Shown here piece by piece: positions 28,801-42,098 of a stretch of DNA of 64,000 nt; position 1 is the first letter of the stretch, and each line of letters opens with the position of its first letter. Source of the stretch: Phoronis australis (lineage: Eukaryota > Animalia > Phoronida); contig NMRA01000048.1 in assembly GCA_002633005.1 (NCBI GenBank), positions 920,479-984,478 of the forward strand, given 5' to 3'. A program made the position numbers and the translations under genes. The notes below the pieces were generated by a model, which saw only the letters and a program-made list of their open reading frames with translations, made no database searches and was not told where the DNA came from.

Positions 28801-31800
28801 AGTTCAAGTTGGCTGGCTTGCTCAATGTTGGATGTTTTTATGGTCGTGGGTTACTTGAAATTTAGTTGGTCCTGGTCCTTTTATTTGCTAGTATCTTGTG
28901 TTGTATTGGCTGGTCAAGGAAAGTCGGGTCACATGTTAAATGCAACACTCTTATTAGCAATACTGTTTTGTTGCGGAGATACTCAGGGAGGACCAAGAAT
29001 GTCTGGACATGACAGAAGCCGTCTGTTCAAAAGAAGAGTATTTCAGGATTTTTCAATCCAAAGGTTGTGCACAATTTACTTAAAAATTTAGAATTTCTGC
29101 TATCCCCACAGCGTACCATGGCGCTTTCACAAAATTGGACAATTTTGTCTCCTTTGGACTTTTTTCTAAGAGAGTTACTAAGGTCTCCCTGACTATGAAC
29201 CTGTTGTACAGGGTGGCCCAAAATTTAAATAATCCTACTTAAAGGTATTTATTCTTTCTAATTTGATGTTAGATTTAAACTTCATTCTATAGATGATATT
29301 TACACAGAGCTTTAGCCATGCAAGTCAGTTTTCATTGAATATCCATTCTTTAGAATTATGAATTTTATGCAACATTTGCGGGCTTGGTTTTCTTTGGGTC
29401 ACCCTGTATTGGATTTGTCTGCTTGTGTTCCTTAATGGGCATAAAATCTATATTATGTGTGTTTGTTCTTCTATAGTTGCCTTTAATGTAATGAAAGATG
29501 TTAGTAGCAGAAAAGTGTAGCATATTGGTAGCGTAGAGAGCCTTGTTTTGTTGTATTGGTGCTGGTGCTGTTACTATTGTAGTTTTAGTTTGTAGCTTTT
29601 CAGAGGGAACCTGGGGCTTCACACTTCTACACAGCAAATACATGTAATTGGGTTGTTACGTGGGATTATTTCTCTCAGACACTTCCATGCAACTGGAAAG
29701 ATTTTTTGTCTTACTCTATTCGGGAGATAAAAACAAGGTCCCTTGTTAATTTTGCAACACCTTATGAATATCGAGTTTTCTATTTGTTAGAACAATGTAG
29801 GAAAAGGAACAATTTATCCCCAAGTATGAAAACTGTAAAAACAAATTTAGCAGACTGTTTCCAATTTTCTTCATCTGGGCATATTTCGGTTTCTTGGAGC
29901 ACCTCTTTTTTTGTACAGCAATCATAAACTTAAGGTTTTGCACAGAAATATTGTATCAGCCACCAGTTTCTGAATCTAGCTGTTGGGGTCAATCCTCAAC
30001 TCAGAGATACATCTGTGATAGCTGTATTCAGTAACCAAAGAATGATGCCATATGACTGAGGGTTTGTTGAAACGTGACTTAAGACTAAAGACAGAAATTA
30101 AGTCCCACTCTCCATTCATTAAGTCCCACTCTCCATTCGGCAATTTCTGAGAAATAATTTCATCACACGTTGGCAAAAATAAGGGTGCGTTAAAAATATT
30201 CCCATAATTGATGTTTTCTTAGAATACATTTCAATTAAATTACTTCCAAACTGTAAATGAGTGTGTACATTGCATGGTGAAAATTGTATTCAGAAATTGT
30301 GAAGTGGGATCGTTAGTTAAAATTTAAGACTGAAGTCTTAAAAACCTTTCCCAGGTCCAAGTCTTCTACCATGACCTCAATTTAAAACATCAGGTTCTCT
30401 TTACCTCCAGTCAGAGGAGAGCCAACTGGAAGAGTCTCAGAGTTTGATGAGCTTCAGCCAGTCTCAGACCCAGGGACACCAGGCCAAGCAGGTGGGACGA
30501 CGGACCATGAGGGACTTCATTGGACTTGAGGATAGTGACAAGAATGCCAGAGATGCCATGATGAACTTCAGTTTCTACCTGACAATTGGCAATATGGATG
30601 AGGCATTCAAGTCGATCAAATTGATAAAGAGGTTTGTGGATATCTGATGTTTAGCTTGTTGTAACCTAATTAACTATACAAAAAGTGCAAGATATTTACA
30701 TGCCACTGAAGTGCATTATGAACTACAATTATGGCAACAAGCAAGGTGTCCCACTTGCGTTTTGATGTAAAGTTTTGGTATTTTTAGTATATGGTAAAAT
30801 CTCACCAATGTAGGACACAATATGGCGGCCAGGTGAAATTTCATTTCCTCATTGTTATGTAAATAATATACAGTACCAGAATGATGCTTTATTTATTTTG
30901 TACTTAATTGGGGAGATTTTACCATATGTAATTCTGTTGGCTGTCTTCAAATTATATGTAAAATTGATATAAAGTGTAATACCAAAAATGCTGTCTGTTT
31001 GTAAATGATGTGCAAATTATAAATCAAAACACTAATCTGGAAACTCAGTTTGATATTTCTCCCAACATTTGTTTGTTATGCGTCATTTAGTGTCTGTCAT
31101 CATCATTTTTCTTGGACGGGCATAAAAATAATCTGTTCCCTACTCAAGTTGTCATTTATTAGTTATTAAAAGGTTCTTAAACAACATTCATTAGATTACT
31201 TACTGCGAAGCACAACATTTGTTGGTACAGTCTTATGTCTCTGTTGGTTTTGAAACTCACTTGCACAGCATTGTGAGATTGGTAAACATCAGTTGAAAGT
31301 TTTAAAAGGTCTAAGTCATGCTCCTACCACAAAAGGCAAACAAAGCATCTATTTACATGGCATGTTATACTTAAGAGCAATTTATGGTAATTTACATAAT
31401 AATCTCTATGTTTCACCACACTCCCTCTTGGTTTTCATAGTGAAGCAGTGTGGGAGAACATGGCCAAAATGTGTGTCAAGACACGCCGCCTGGACGTGGC
31501 CACTGTCTGTCTGGGTAACATGGGCCACGCCCGTGGTGCCAAGGCCTTGAGGGAGGCGATGAAGGAGCCCGAGCTGGATGCAAGGGTAGCCACATTAGCC
31601 ATACAGGTAATGCAAGGTCATCCTGTGTGACTGTGATCAAGTTGCAGTCAAACGAAGAACAAATTTCCAACATCAAGATCTAATCTAGTATGACAATCGA
31701 TTAAACTTGACAAACAAGCCTATGATGTTAGTACATAGTGATGTGATAGTAAGCAGGTTAGAGCTTACAGTCATACAAAGGGGTAAAAGTTAAGTCTAAT

Positions 31801-34800
31801 TTCCCTAGGAAGTCAGCCGTTTTTCTCTGTTCGAAGTGATAGTGTTTCATACAAACACACCTTCACAATATTTGTTACACGTAGTTTGAAAATAGTATAT
31901 TTCAGAAATATCGGTCAGCATCAGGCATGCTGTTTGCAACATAATTGCTGGATTACGAGAGCTTATCAGATGAAGGTAGACAATGAGAGAGCTGGACTAT
32001 GAAAATGTTGGTTTGCCAATTTTCTCCCGTTGCTGTCACTGTCAAACTGATAACAACATGACTGTATCCTGACTAACTGATCAGTAAAATTGAGATACTC
32101 ATCCCACAGTGCGGGTGTGTAAGGGATTTTTAATTTTAGTAGACACTTAAATTTTTATTTTCTTTAAAATTAAAAAACCTCTTAGATATCAACTGTGAAT
32201 ATTGTGATGCGGAAGTACAATACTTGCAACCTTTGTTGGAAAGACATACTTTACAAATAGGTGTTGTCTTGTATTCAGGTGGGCCTGCTGGATGAAGCTG
32301 AGAGACTGTTGAAGAACTGTAAACGATATGACCTGCTGAATGAGTTCTACCAGAGTAGCGGCCAATGGGGAAGGGTGAGTGTTCTGGCAGTCCGCTGGCA
32401 TTAGCTGTAGTTGTAATTATGTGTTATAAACTGAAGATGTCGATTTGGGTGTACTCATTTAAAGTTGTTAGAAATGAGGCTTTATGAAGCTAGAATACAA
32501 GAGCCATGCATATGATGTTGATATTACTGAAACTCAAATGAATTGTGTGTGCTTTTGGAGGTCAATAATGTGCATATTTGAGATAAGGTAGAACGAGTAC
32601 AAGACCCTTAAATGCAGAGGAATGCTGACTTTGGGATGTAGTTGTGGAAAACTAGAAGAATTCGCTTGCCTTACTTCAGATCTTGATGCTTCTGACAGAT
32701 GTTATGTCAAAACAAAATCTTTGCCTTTGAAACATTGTAAAATATCTCCACATTAATAACCACACTGTTTTATGCCCTATTTTTGTGTGTTTTGTGGGCT
32801 GTTTATGTGACATCACTGACTCTTATGATCAGGCAATGGAGACAGCTGAGATGTATGACAGGATTCATCTACGGACAACGTACTATAACTACGCCAAACA
32901 TCTCGAGGCCAAGGGAGACATGAACGGTGCCATTCCTAAGTGAGTAGCCATTGAATATAGATTAACTAAATTAAATGTAGAAAGTCTATTTTTCTGTTTT
33001 CACACGTCCAAGAGGATGTGTAAACCAGATTTTTTGAATTTTAATTACTTTTAGTTCTTTAAAATGTGGACTAGATTTTATATTTTAATTACACATTGAC
33101 TGAAATCTTGTAATTGTTAAACTGTCCACAACTTAGTGATACTTTCTTTGTGAAGGTTTTGTTTTCACTCAAAGATTATTTGAATTGGTTAACAATGATT
33201 AATTGTTGCAGTTATGAGAAGTCGGACACACATCGCTATGAAGTGCCTAGGATGTTGTTTGATGATCCAAGAGTGCTGGAAGGATATATCATGAAGACCA
33301 AGGACAAGTATGATTTGCTGAATTTNGTGATACTTTCTTTGTGATGGTTTTGTTAAACTGTCCACAACTTAGTGATACTTTCTTTGTGAAGGTTTTGTTT
33401 AACTGCCCACAACTTAGTGATACTTTCTTTGTGAAGGTTTTGTTTAACTGTCCACAACTTAGTGATACTTTCTTTGTGATGGTTTTGTTAAACTGCCCAC
33501 AACTTAGTGATACTTTCTTTGTGAAGGTTTTGTTTTCACTCAAAGATTATTTGAATTGGTTAACAATGATTAATTGTTGCAGTTATGAGAAGTCGGACAC
33601 ACATCGCTATGAAGTGCCTAGGATGTTGTTTGATGATCCAAGAGTGCTGGAAGGATATATCATGAAGACCAAGGACAAGTATGATTTGCTGAATTTCCCT
33701 GTATCTGCTTTCTTTAATTAGTTAAATGTTGTTAATTAATTAATTTAAAGTACAAGACTTCTGATGAAGTGTGCTCATGAAACAACTTTCCAGACAAGTT
33801 AGTGTGATGAAGGATGCTGTTTGAATGTTTTCATAATTGTTTTCTGATGCTGCTATCAAATTCAAATACATGTAACAGTGAGGGCAAAATTTGTACAAAA
33901 TTTATGCTCCATGACAATTCCATATCACTTAAGCATTGTCAAGTCGATGGAGCCTTTTCAAAGAATTTTCTTCTTCTTAATGTATGTTATGTTCCTTTAC
34001 CAGAGCTCTACGTAAATGGTGGGCCCAGTACATGGAGAGTACAGGTGAAATGGAGACTGCACTTCAGTTCTACGAGGCATCACAAGACTTTTTGTCTCTA
34101 GTCAGAGTTTACTGTTACTGTGGCAACCTGGAGAAGGTAGGATTGTCTTTAATATATATCACTTATTGGCTGTCTTAATTCTTCATTTATTTATTACTAA
34201 GTCTCGTTTCTGTTGTAAGTCATTTTACTTCTGTCAAGGAGGTCTTATTTTGACTGGGATACCTCTGTTAGCTGTATTATACAAATATTTACACTTGAAA
34301 GAATTTGATGATATTTTTAGAAGATGCCTGTCAGAGAGGATCAGGGACTAGTTCTTGAAATTTTAGAGTTGATGCCAGGTGCTGTAACTGTTGAGTGCCT
34401 GTTTTGTAACAAATGTTTGATGACATTGAAACATAATGCCTCTTAACTGTAGTATGCATACTCATGTGAGTATGCATACTACAGTTAAGAGGCATACTCG
34501 CATACTCACACGAGTATGACCATGGAAGCATGCTGTGTGAGCATAAAAATCTCACCAATTTCAGACAAAAATGACAAAAATAATTGTCAAAAAGGTCTAT
34601 TTTCATTTTTCAAAGGCTTTTTTAACATTGAATGCCCACAAAACATTGTCCAATGATAGCTATGGCATAGAAGTTGGTGAAGCATTTATTTGGCTCTACT
34701 TATTTTATATGCAAAAGTGATAAAATAGAATTTTACTTATTGGCCGTAATGTGTCCTTAAATGGTGAGATTTGATTGTTTTAATTGTTATATTGCCATCG

Positions 34801-37800
34801 AAGTAAATGAAGAGTGCATGAGTTTCATGGTCAGTTATACTTGACAATACTCTTCATGAGAGGACACACGCACACTTATTACTGGTGACCTCTATGTTTC
34901 ATGGTCAGGTATACTTGACAATACTCTTCATGAGAGGACACGTATACTTATTACTGGTGACCTCTGTGTTTCATGGTCAGGTGTACTTGACAATACTCTT
35001 CATGAGAGGACACACGTACACTTATTACTGGTGACCTCTGTGTTTCATGGTCAGGTATACTTGACAATACTCTTCATGAGAGGACACACGTACACTTATT
35101 ACTGCTGACCTCTGTGTTTCTCTTCAGGCGGCTGAGATTTGCAATGAAACTGGTGATAGGGCGGGCTGTTATCACTTGGCTAGACAGTATGAGGCACAGG
35201 ATAATGTACGAGAGGCCATTCACTTCTTCACTAGGGCTCTTGCCTACGGGAATGCTATCAGGCTGTGTAAGGTGAGTGCGGATTGGCTGTTAATCATTCT
35301 TATTAAATTTTTTTTGGATTGACTGGTAGTCCTCAATGTAAAGCTACTGAAAACTTTTAAATCTTCCATGATGTTCAATTAATTTTCTAATTTCTTTCAT
35401 GACTTTCAACTTGCTTTTGATCAAATTCGTCAACCTTTGTTGAATGTTACTGTATTATTTGTTTTCCAGGACAACGGACTTGAAGACCAGCTGATGAACT
35501 TGGCTCTGCTGAGTAAGCCTGAGGACATGATTGAGGCAGCGCGGTACTACGAGGAGATGCAAGGGAGACAGGATAAGGCGGTGATGCTGTACCACAAAGT
35601 GAGTCAGTTTACATTGTATGGTGGTTGTGTTGTACCTACATGATTGTGTTAAATTAACTGTACTGTGCGAGTTGGTCAAGCTGTACATCAAGGTGAGTTA
35701 GTAAACTGTGCCAACTGATCACATTGTACCACACGATGATTTGAAGTACTGTGAAAGTTGGTCATACTTTACCACAACATGAGTTGTTATACAATGTGAG
35801 TAGATCATGTTGTACCATAAGAGATGTTGGTGCACTGTGTGAGTCATTCATGCTTTTGCACTGTGTTCTGTCTTCTAGCTGAACTGTGTGTGGCAGTTAA
35901 CTACGATTTGATTACCTGTTCATACACATGTAGAGAAGGACTTTGCTCATTTGTTCTGAGGTTGATATTTGGTTGATTGAAATTGCAAGGGTTAACTTTG
36001 TCCTGTAGTTTTATTTTCTGGTTGGAGGATTGTTTGTCAAAGTTTAAGCAGCCAGTGGTCTGTGCTGGATACAGTGCATTGGTGTCCTTTTGATGTGTAC
36101 TGCTTGGTCTGAAGATAATTAGGCATTTCTCAGGTTGTAGCCGTGATGTGATTCATTATGTTTTGTAGTGAATTTTCCATTAACCTTTAATGTTTCTTCC
36201 AGGCTGGTCACTTCTCCAAGGCTCTTGAGCTTGCCTTCAGTTCGCGCCAGTTTGGGGCCCTGCAACTTATCTCTGAGGACCTGGACAGTAACACAGACCC
36301 TGAGTTGTTGCAAAGGTGTGCTGATTTCTTCATGGAGAACAGCCAGTTTGATCGGGCAGTCGACCTGCTGGCCGCTGGGAAAAAGGTTGGTGGAGGGTGG
36401 CTAGTTGATGCATTGAACACACCAAAAGTAAACTAAGGAAGTGTTGTTTCATTGGCCCATAATGCTGAGTAATTCTTCTTACTTTGAAAATGATTGTGAA
36501 TGACTCTTTGTTGTGACAGATTCCTTATTGGAGAATACCATTTCTGCCTTATGTTGTTAACTTTCTAGTAAATTCTTCCACATTGCCGCTAATGATCCAG
36601 GGTTACTATGACAACACATTCTGCCTGTGCCCAGCCACTGTTACAAGGAATTTAGAGTCATTTTTTGCATGTTCAAAAGTGTGATATAAATTACGAAAAG
36701 TCAGACCCAAATTTATAAATGATCTTTCAAATTCCATAAAATAGACAAATTAGAATAGTTGGGTATTCTGAGGATTACTTGGCACAGTTTTGAAAGAAGG
36801 CTTATTTTCTAAGGTTTTGGTCCTCAGTCCTAATTATGATCCTGTCATATATATCTATTGTAGCTTAAGGTTATATGAACAAACAACGATCTGTGGAAGC
36901 AGTAAATAGAAACCAGTCACATTGTAGATAGACATTTTTGCGTAAGAAGGTTTTTTTCTAATGAATGATTTATATTTAAATGACTGTTTTCCACAGTACT
37001 GGGAGGCCCTCAGGTTGTGCAGTGATCAGAATGTCCCTATGACCGAGGAACTGGCCGAGAAACTGACCATGCAAAAGGGTGTCACTGAAGAAGAGAATGC
37101 AGAGAGGAACAAAGTGCTGGAGGCCATCGCCGAGATCTGCATGAATCAGCGCCAGCACCATCTGGCGACTAAAAAGTTTACACAAGCTGGCAATCGTGTG
37201 AAGGTATGAGCAGTGAAGAATGTTTCACTCTATGTCCATATAGTTAGAATAGGACTCAGTGAATACAGCTGCAGATCATTAAAGGGCCTTCATGATGCTC
37301 CTTTTAATTCATCGTCATCTTAAAAATTTTAGTGCAAGACAGTTCACTTGAAAGTTTCTTCCAAAATCTCGACATTTTATCAATTAGAATTAAGAGTGAA
37401 TTTATAACATTAAATTTTGAATTTTTGTTGTCATCCAGAAATTTCCCCAAGACTGCCAAAAAACTCCCTAAAAAATGCACATCGGTGTAGGACTGTCTGT
37501 AAGTTACTAAATGTTTCTATCTTTTGATGCAGTACATGCCAAAAATATTTGGACAAAATTCCATCTGGTAATTTTTCTCATCGTTTGATTGAGAAAGTGT
37601 TATCATCATAATAATCAGTGCGCTCACTTTTCCTTCTTTTCAGGCAATGAAAGCTCTTTTGAAGTCTGGCGACACAGAGAAGATCATTTTCTTTGCTGGC
37701 GTCTCACGCCAGAAAGAGATATATGTGATGGCCGCCAACTACTTACAATCTTTAGATTGGAGGAAGGAACCAGAGATCATGAAGAACATTATTAGTTTCT

Positions 37801-40800
37801 ACACAAAAGGACGTGCGCTTGACTCACTGTCAAGCTTCTATGACGCGTGTGCTCAGGTAAAATAGTAGTCTATTAATTCAAGGAATTTCATTTAAGGCGC
37901 TACTGTCATATTCCACATGCATTGTGGGATGTTTGTCTGCTTGTAAACATGTGGCGCCATCACTTATATGTTGTGTATTCTGTAACATGTAATTTGTGTT
38001 TGGAGTGATGAGATTTAATTTCAGTTTCAACTTGTGATTCATTCCTAAAGAATCACGCACAAGATACAATAAGAGCTTCACTTTCAGTCTTTGTATATTA
38101 TGGTTGACTAGGCTTGTACTCACACTAAAAAGCATTTTGCATTCGACCAGTACTTTCAACTCGGGTGCGCTCAAGTGACATGTTGTTTTCTGACATTAAC
38201 TATGATATGTCACTGTATGTGTATTACTCTACAAATGTCCCACAATGCACGACAGCAACACCACTGTGTGTGTACTACTCTACAAAGGTCCCACAATGCA
38301 TGACAGCAACACCACTGTATGTGTACTACTCTACAAATGTCCCACAATGCATGACAGCAACACCACTGTATGTGTACTACTCTACAAATGTCCCACAATG
38401 CACCACAGCAACACCACTGTATGTGTACTACTCTACAAATGTCCCACAATGCACCACAGCAACACCACTGTATGTGTATTACTCTACAAATGTCCCACAA
38501 TGCACGACAGCAACACCACTGTATGTGTACTACTCTACAAAGGTCCCACAATGCACGACAGCAACACCACTGTATGTGTACTACTCTACAAATGTCCCAC
38601 AATGCATGACAGCAACACCACTGTATGTGTACTACTCTACAAATGTCCCACAATGCACCACAGCAACACCACTGTATGTGTACTACTCTACAAATGTCCC
38701 ACAATGCACGACAGCAACACCACTGTATGTGTACTACTCTACAAATGTCCCACAATGCACGACAGCAACACCATTGTATGTGTACTACTCTACAAAGGTC
38801 CCACAATGCACCACAGCAACACCACTGTATGTGTACTACTCTACAAATGTCCCACAATGCACCACAGCAACACCACTGTATGTGTACTACTCTACAAATG
38901 TCCCACAATGCACCACAGCAACACCACTGTATGTGTATTACTCTACAAATGTCCCACAATGCACCACAGCAACACCACTGTATGTGTATTACTCTACAAA
39001 GGTCCCACAATGCACGACAGCAACACCACTGTATGTGTATTACTCTACAAAGGTCCCACAATGCACCACAGCAACACCACTGTATGTGTACTACTCTACA
39101 AAGGTCCCACAATGCACGACAGCAACACCACTGTATGTGTACTACTCTACAAATGTCCCACAATGCACGACAGCAACACCACTGTATGTGTACTACTCTA
39201 CAAAGGTCCCACAATGCACGACAGCAACACCACTGTATGTGTACTACTCTACAAAGGTCCCACAATGCACGACAGCAACACCACTGTATGTGTACTACTC
39301 TACAAAGGTCCCACAATGCACGACAGCAACACCACTGTATGTGTACTACTCTACAAATGTCCCACAATGCACCACAGCAACACCACTGTATGTGTACTAC
39401 TCTACAAATGTCCCACAATGCACCACAGCAACACCACTGTATGTGTATTACTCTACAAATGTCCCACAATGCACGACAGCAACACCACTGTATGTGTACT
39501 ACTCTACAAAGGTCCCACAATGCACGACAGCAACACCACTGTATGTGTACTACTCTACAAATGTCCCACAATGCACGACAGCAACACCACTGTATGTGTA
39601 TTACTCTACAAATGTCCCACAATGCACCACAGCAACACCACTGTATGTGTACTACTCTACAAAGGTCCCACAATGCACCACAGCAACACCACTGTATGTG
39701 TACTACTCTACAAATGTCCCACAATGCACGACAGCAACACCACTGTATGTGTATTACTCTACAAAGGTCCCACAATGCACCACAGCAACACCACTGTATG
39801 TGTACTACTCTACAAAGGTCCCACAATGCACGACAGCAACACCACTGTATGTGTACTACTCTACAAAGGTCCCACAATGCACGACAGCAACACCACTGTA
39901 TGTGTACTACTCTACAAATGTCCCACAATGCACCACAGCAACACCACTGTATGTGTATTACTCTACAAATGTCCCACAATGCACGACAGCAACACCACTG
40001 TATGTGTATTACTCTACAAAGGTCCCACAATGCACGACAGCAACACCACTGTATGTGTATTACTCTACAAAGGTCCCACAATGCACGACAGCAACACCAC
40101 TGTATGTGTATTACTCTACAAAGGTCCCACAATGCACGACAGCAACACCATAGATGAAGTCTCGTGAATTAATCTTATGACAACTAGCCATCATGGCGAA
40201 ACGTGTATTTATCACTTCTTTTAAGTGAATGAGGCTATGACTGTTAAATTTAATTTCATGAGCATCGCAATCAGTATGATTGCATCTTAAAATCAAATGC
40301 AGTAGCGCTCAAAATATTTTTAACCTGGTGCGTTTTATTTCCCGAAGTAGGATAGTTATAGAAATGCATTGCTGATCTCTTGTGAAAAAAAATCACTGAC
40401 GTATAGGTTTCTTTTTGGAAATTTGAGTTGCCTGGGATTTATTATTAATTTCAATTAATGTTAGGTTGAAATCGATGAGTATCAGAACTACGACAAAGCC
40501 CTCGGAGCGTTGAATGAGGCAGCCAAATGTCTGTCAAAGGCTAAAATGAAGAACCAGTCACTCCAGGAAGAGAAGCTAGTTGGTCTGAAGCAGAAGATCA
40601 ATTTCATTAAGAAATTTGTGCAAGCCAGAAGGTAATGCCTCCTCACCTTGTGATAGAGCATTAAAGAATGATACAGATAGTGAGAAAACTTTTATTTAAT
40701 TCATTACAACTTTATTGGTCACTTTTCATCTTAAAGTTTGCTTTTTCACAAAACTGTGCACGGCTGTAACCAGAGATAATTGAACTGTAGAGCTACAGTT

Positions 40801-41916
40801 TTCTTTTGCTTAAAACTTTTGTTCACCATTTCGTGTTTGCCTGTTGAACTTTCTTGTTTTTGGACTAATGACTGTTAAATGGAACATGGTAAAATGTTCC
40901 CCGTAACTGTCAGTTACATTGACCAGACAAGCAATTGTAGTTACCTGCTCCATTTGGAATGTTGACGCTTTCAACTGTTTACTTAAACGATTCCCAACTT
41001 TTGAAGGGTGTATCCTGAGGACCCTGATGAAGCCATTAAACACTGCCAAGTGTTATTAGAAGAGGATGAGATCGATTCTGCTGTAAGGATTGGTGATATA
41101 TTTGGCTTCATCGTCGAACATTATGCAAGGACTGAGAACTTTAAGGGGGTAAGAGATGGCATTGTATTGTTCGTTTGTAAAAAATTGGATGTGTGCTTGT
41201 TGAGAAGTGTGTAGTGTTGAATTAATCTAGCATTTTGCTCAAATTTCATTTTAACATCTATACACAAATTCAATAAAAATTCTTCAGTTTGGGAGCATAC
41301 GTGGTACTAAGTTAAATAGTAATTAAAGATTCTGTCAAGAGGGTGTGCTCATCATCAGTGATGATGAGTAAAATGCAAGCCAACCAGTAAAATGGAATCG
41401 CCCACTGAAAAAAATTAGTTATATTTTAGAATGGCCTCCTGAATAAGGTGCTCAAAATTCATACCTTTACGTAATTGAAACAATGGTCCCCTCTCATATA
41501 AATGCATACCTTTACGTAATTGAAACAATGGTCCCCTCTCATATAAATGCATTTACCTTTACGTAATAACATAGTCCCATTTCCTGTGAATGCCTCCATA
41601 TTTGTGTTGTCTAAGTAGTCAATATTGAGTCTCTTCTTTGCTCTTTCTTTTATCATTGCTGTTACTGTTTTTCCAGGCATACGCTTGTATGGAGGAGATG
41701 AGGAAGCGTATACCAAATGTCAACATGGCCTACTATGTGGGTGTGAAGACAATAGAAGCCGTACACAAGGCTCTGGACATACCACTAGGACGGGGAATGG
41801 GAGCGGAGAAGAACGGCATAAAAATGAATGGTTCTCTTGAAGACGAAGATGGGGATATTGATGGAGAGGAAGTTGAGGAGGATGTGGTGGACGATTTTGA
41901 CGAGAGCAACGTATAG
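13888..41916 (+). CDS. IFT140: Intraflagellar transport protein 140 (IFT-A; WD40 + TPR)
   Basis: N-terminus MAVYFDFK; conserved motifs DFIGLEDSD...[81 protein letters not shown] exons read: 13888-14031, 14864-15085, 15688-15818, [one exon missing, probably in gap 16617-17110], 19462-19637, 19805-19893, 20354-20457, 21176-21318, 22047-22139, 22937-23047, 23316-23394, 23814-23905, 24560-24687, 26044-26161, 26582-26724, 27215-27398, 27754-27885, 30411-30631, 31441-31606, 32279-32374, 32833-32939, 33583-33678 (duplicate at 33212-33307), 34004-34136, 35128-35271, 35470-35598, 36203-36385, 36997-37203, 37644-37856, 40465-40631, 41007-41148, 41677-41916. AATAAA at ~42248 and ~43187. Confidence 0.96.
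14262..14395. mobile_element. Degenerate palindromic MITE (family of 53312-53432)
   Basis: ggtccctgattt...gagaaccag / ctggttct...aaatcaaggacc inverted arms. A shorter relative lies at ~23533-23586. Confidence 0.6.
16350..16616. repeat. Minisatellite, 33-bp unit, at least 8 copies, running into the gap
   Basis: catggtggatacagtagatacacaatgtgtttt repeated. Confidence 0.97.
16617..17110. other. Assembly gap (N run)
   Basis: Run of N flanked by two different minisatellites. Confidence 0.99.
17111..17573. repeat. Perfect minisatellite, 27-bp unit x~17
   Basis: taacattcaccatatcagtactctccg repeated. Confidence 0.98.
21481..21556 (-). mobile_element. Degenerate tRNA-derived SINE head
   Basis: Minus strand has A-box-like tgatgtctattggtt and B-box-like ggttctaatcc at tRNA spacing, but no intact cloverleaf. 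Confidence 0.4.
27623..27743. repeat. Minisatellite, 24-bp unit x5, ending 10 nt before an IFT140 acceptor; each unit contains TGAGTCA
   Basis: cgatgagtcactagtgtcatgtta repeated. Confidence 0.95.
28438..28597. repeat. Minisatellite, 25-bp unit x~6
   Basis: tggtggaaactggaaatatatacaa repeated. Confidence 0.95.
30788..30928. mobile_element. Short TA-flanked MITE
   Basis: TIR tatggtaaaatctc / gagattttaccata. Related sequence at ~22450-22680, ~34545 and ~60332. Confidence 0.6.
31660..32122 (+). mobile_element. Interspersed non-autonomous repeat (family B), intact copy
   Basis: gatctaatctagtat...gatactcatcccacagtgcgggtgtgtaa aligns with two copies at 62306-63253. Confidence 0.8.
33114..33533. 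repeat. 45-bp minisatellite plus duplicated IFT140 exon around a single N (33327)
   Basis: ttgttaaactgtccacaacttagtgatactttctttgtgaaggtt repeated. 33114-33326 is near-identical to ~33485-33697. Confidence 0.9.
34822..35120. repeat. Tandem repeat, ~74-bp unit x4, abutting an IFT140 acceptor
   Basis: gtttcatggtcaggtatacttgacaatactc... starts at 34822, 34896, 34968 and 35042. Confidence 0.95.
38211..40150. repeat. Large minisatellite, 51-bp unit x~38, in an IFT140 intron
   Basis: cactgtatgtgtactactctacaaa(t/g)gtcccacaatgca(cg/cc/tg)acagcaacac repeated. It produces spurious long ORFs. Confidence 0.99.
41459..41566. repeat. Tandem repeat, ~46-bp unit x2.3
   Basis: catacctttacgtaattgaaacaatggtcccctctcatataaatg repeated. 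Confidence 0.85.
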
Positions 41917-42007
41917 TGCTGCCATCTTGTGGGAAATTGTGTCTGTTTGGAATCGAGTTACAGTTCCATGTGAACTTTGTCCTGATGTTCTTCATCAATA
42001 GAAACTG

Positions 42008-42098
42008 GTGTCATCTTATTGTAAACTGGTTGGCACTGTGTCATCTTATTGTAAACTGGTTGGCACTGTGTCATCTTGTTGTAAACTGGTTGGCTCTG
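42008..42098. repeat. 30-bp unit x3 in the IFT140 3' UTR
   Basis: gtgtcatcttattgtaaactggttggcact repeated. Confidence 0.9.

Noticed and set aside
33212-33678. Apparent tandem duplication of a 96-nt IFT140 exon (possible mutually exclusive exons)
   Set aside because: The copies and flanks are essentially identical and separated by a single N at 33327 beside a minisatellite, typical of an unmerged contig overlap.
38165-40167. Long ORFs of 510-662 aa on both strands
   Set aside because: They are translations of a 51-bp minisatellite inside an IFT140 intron.
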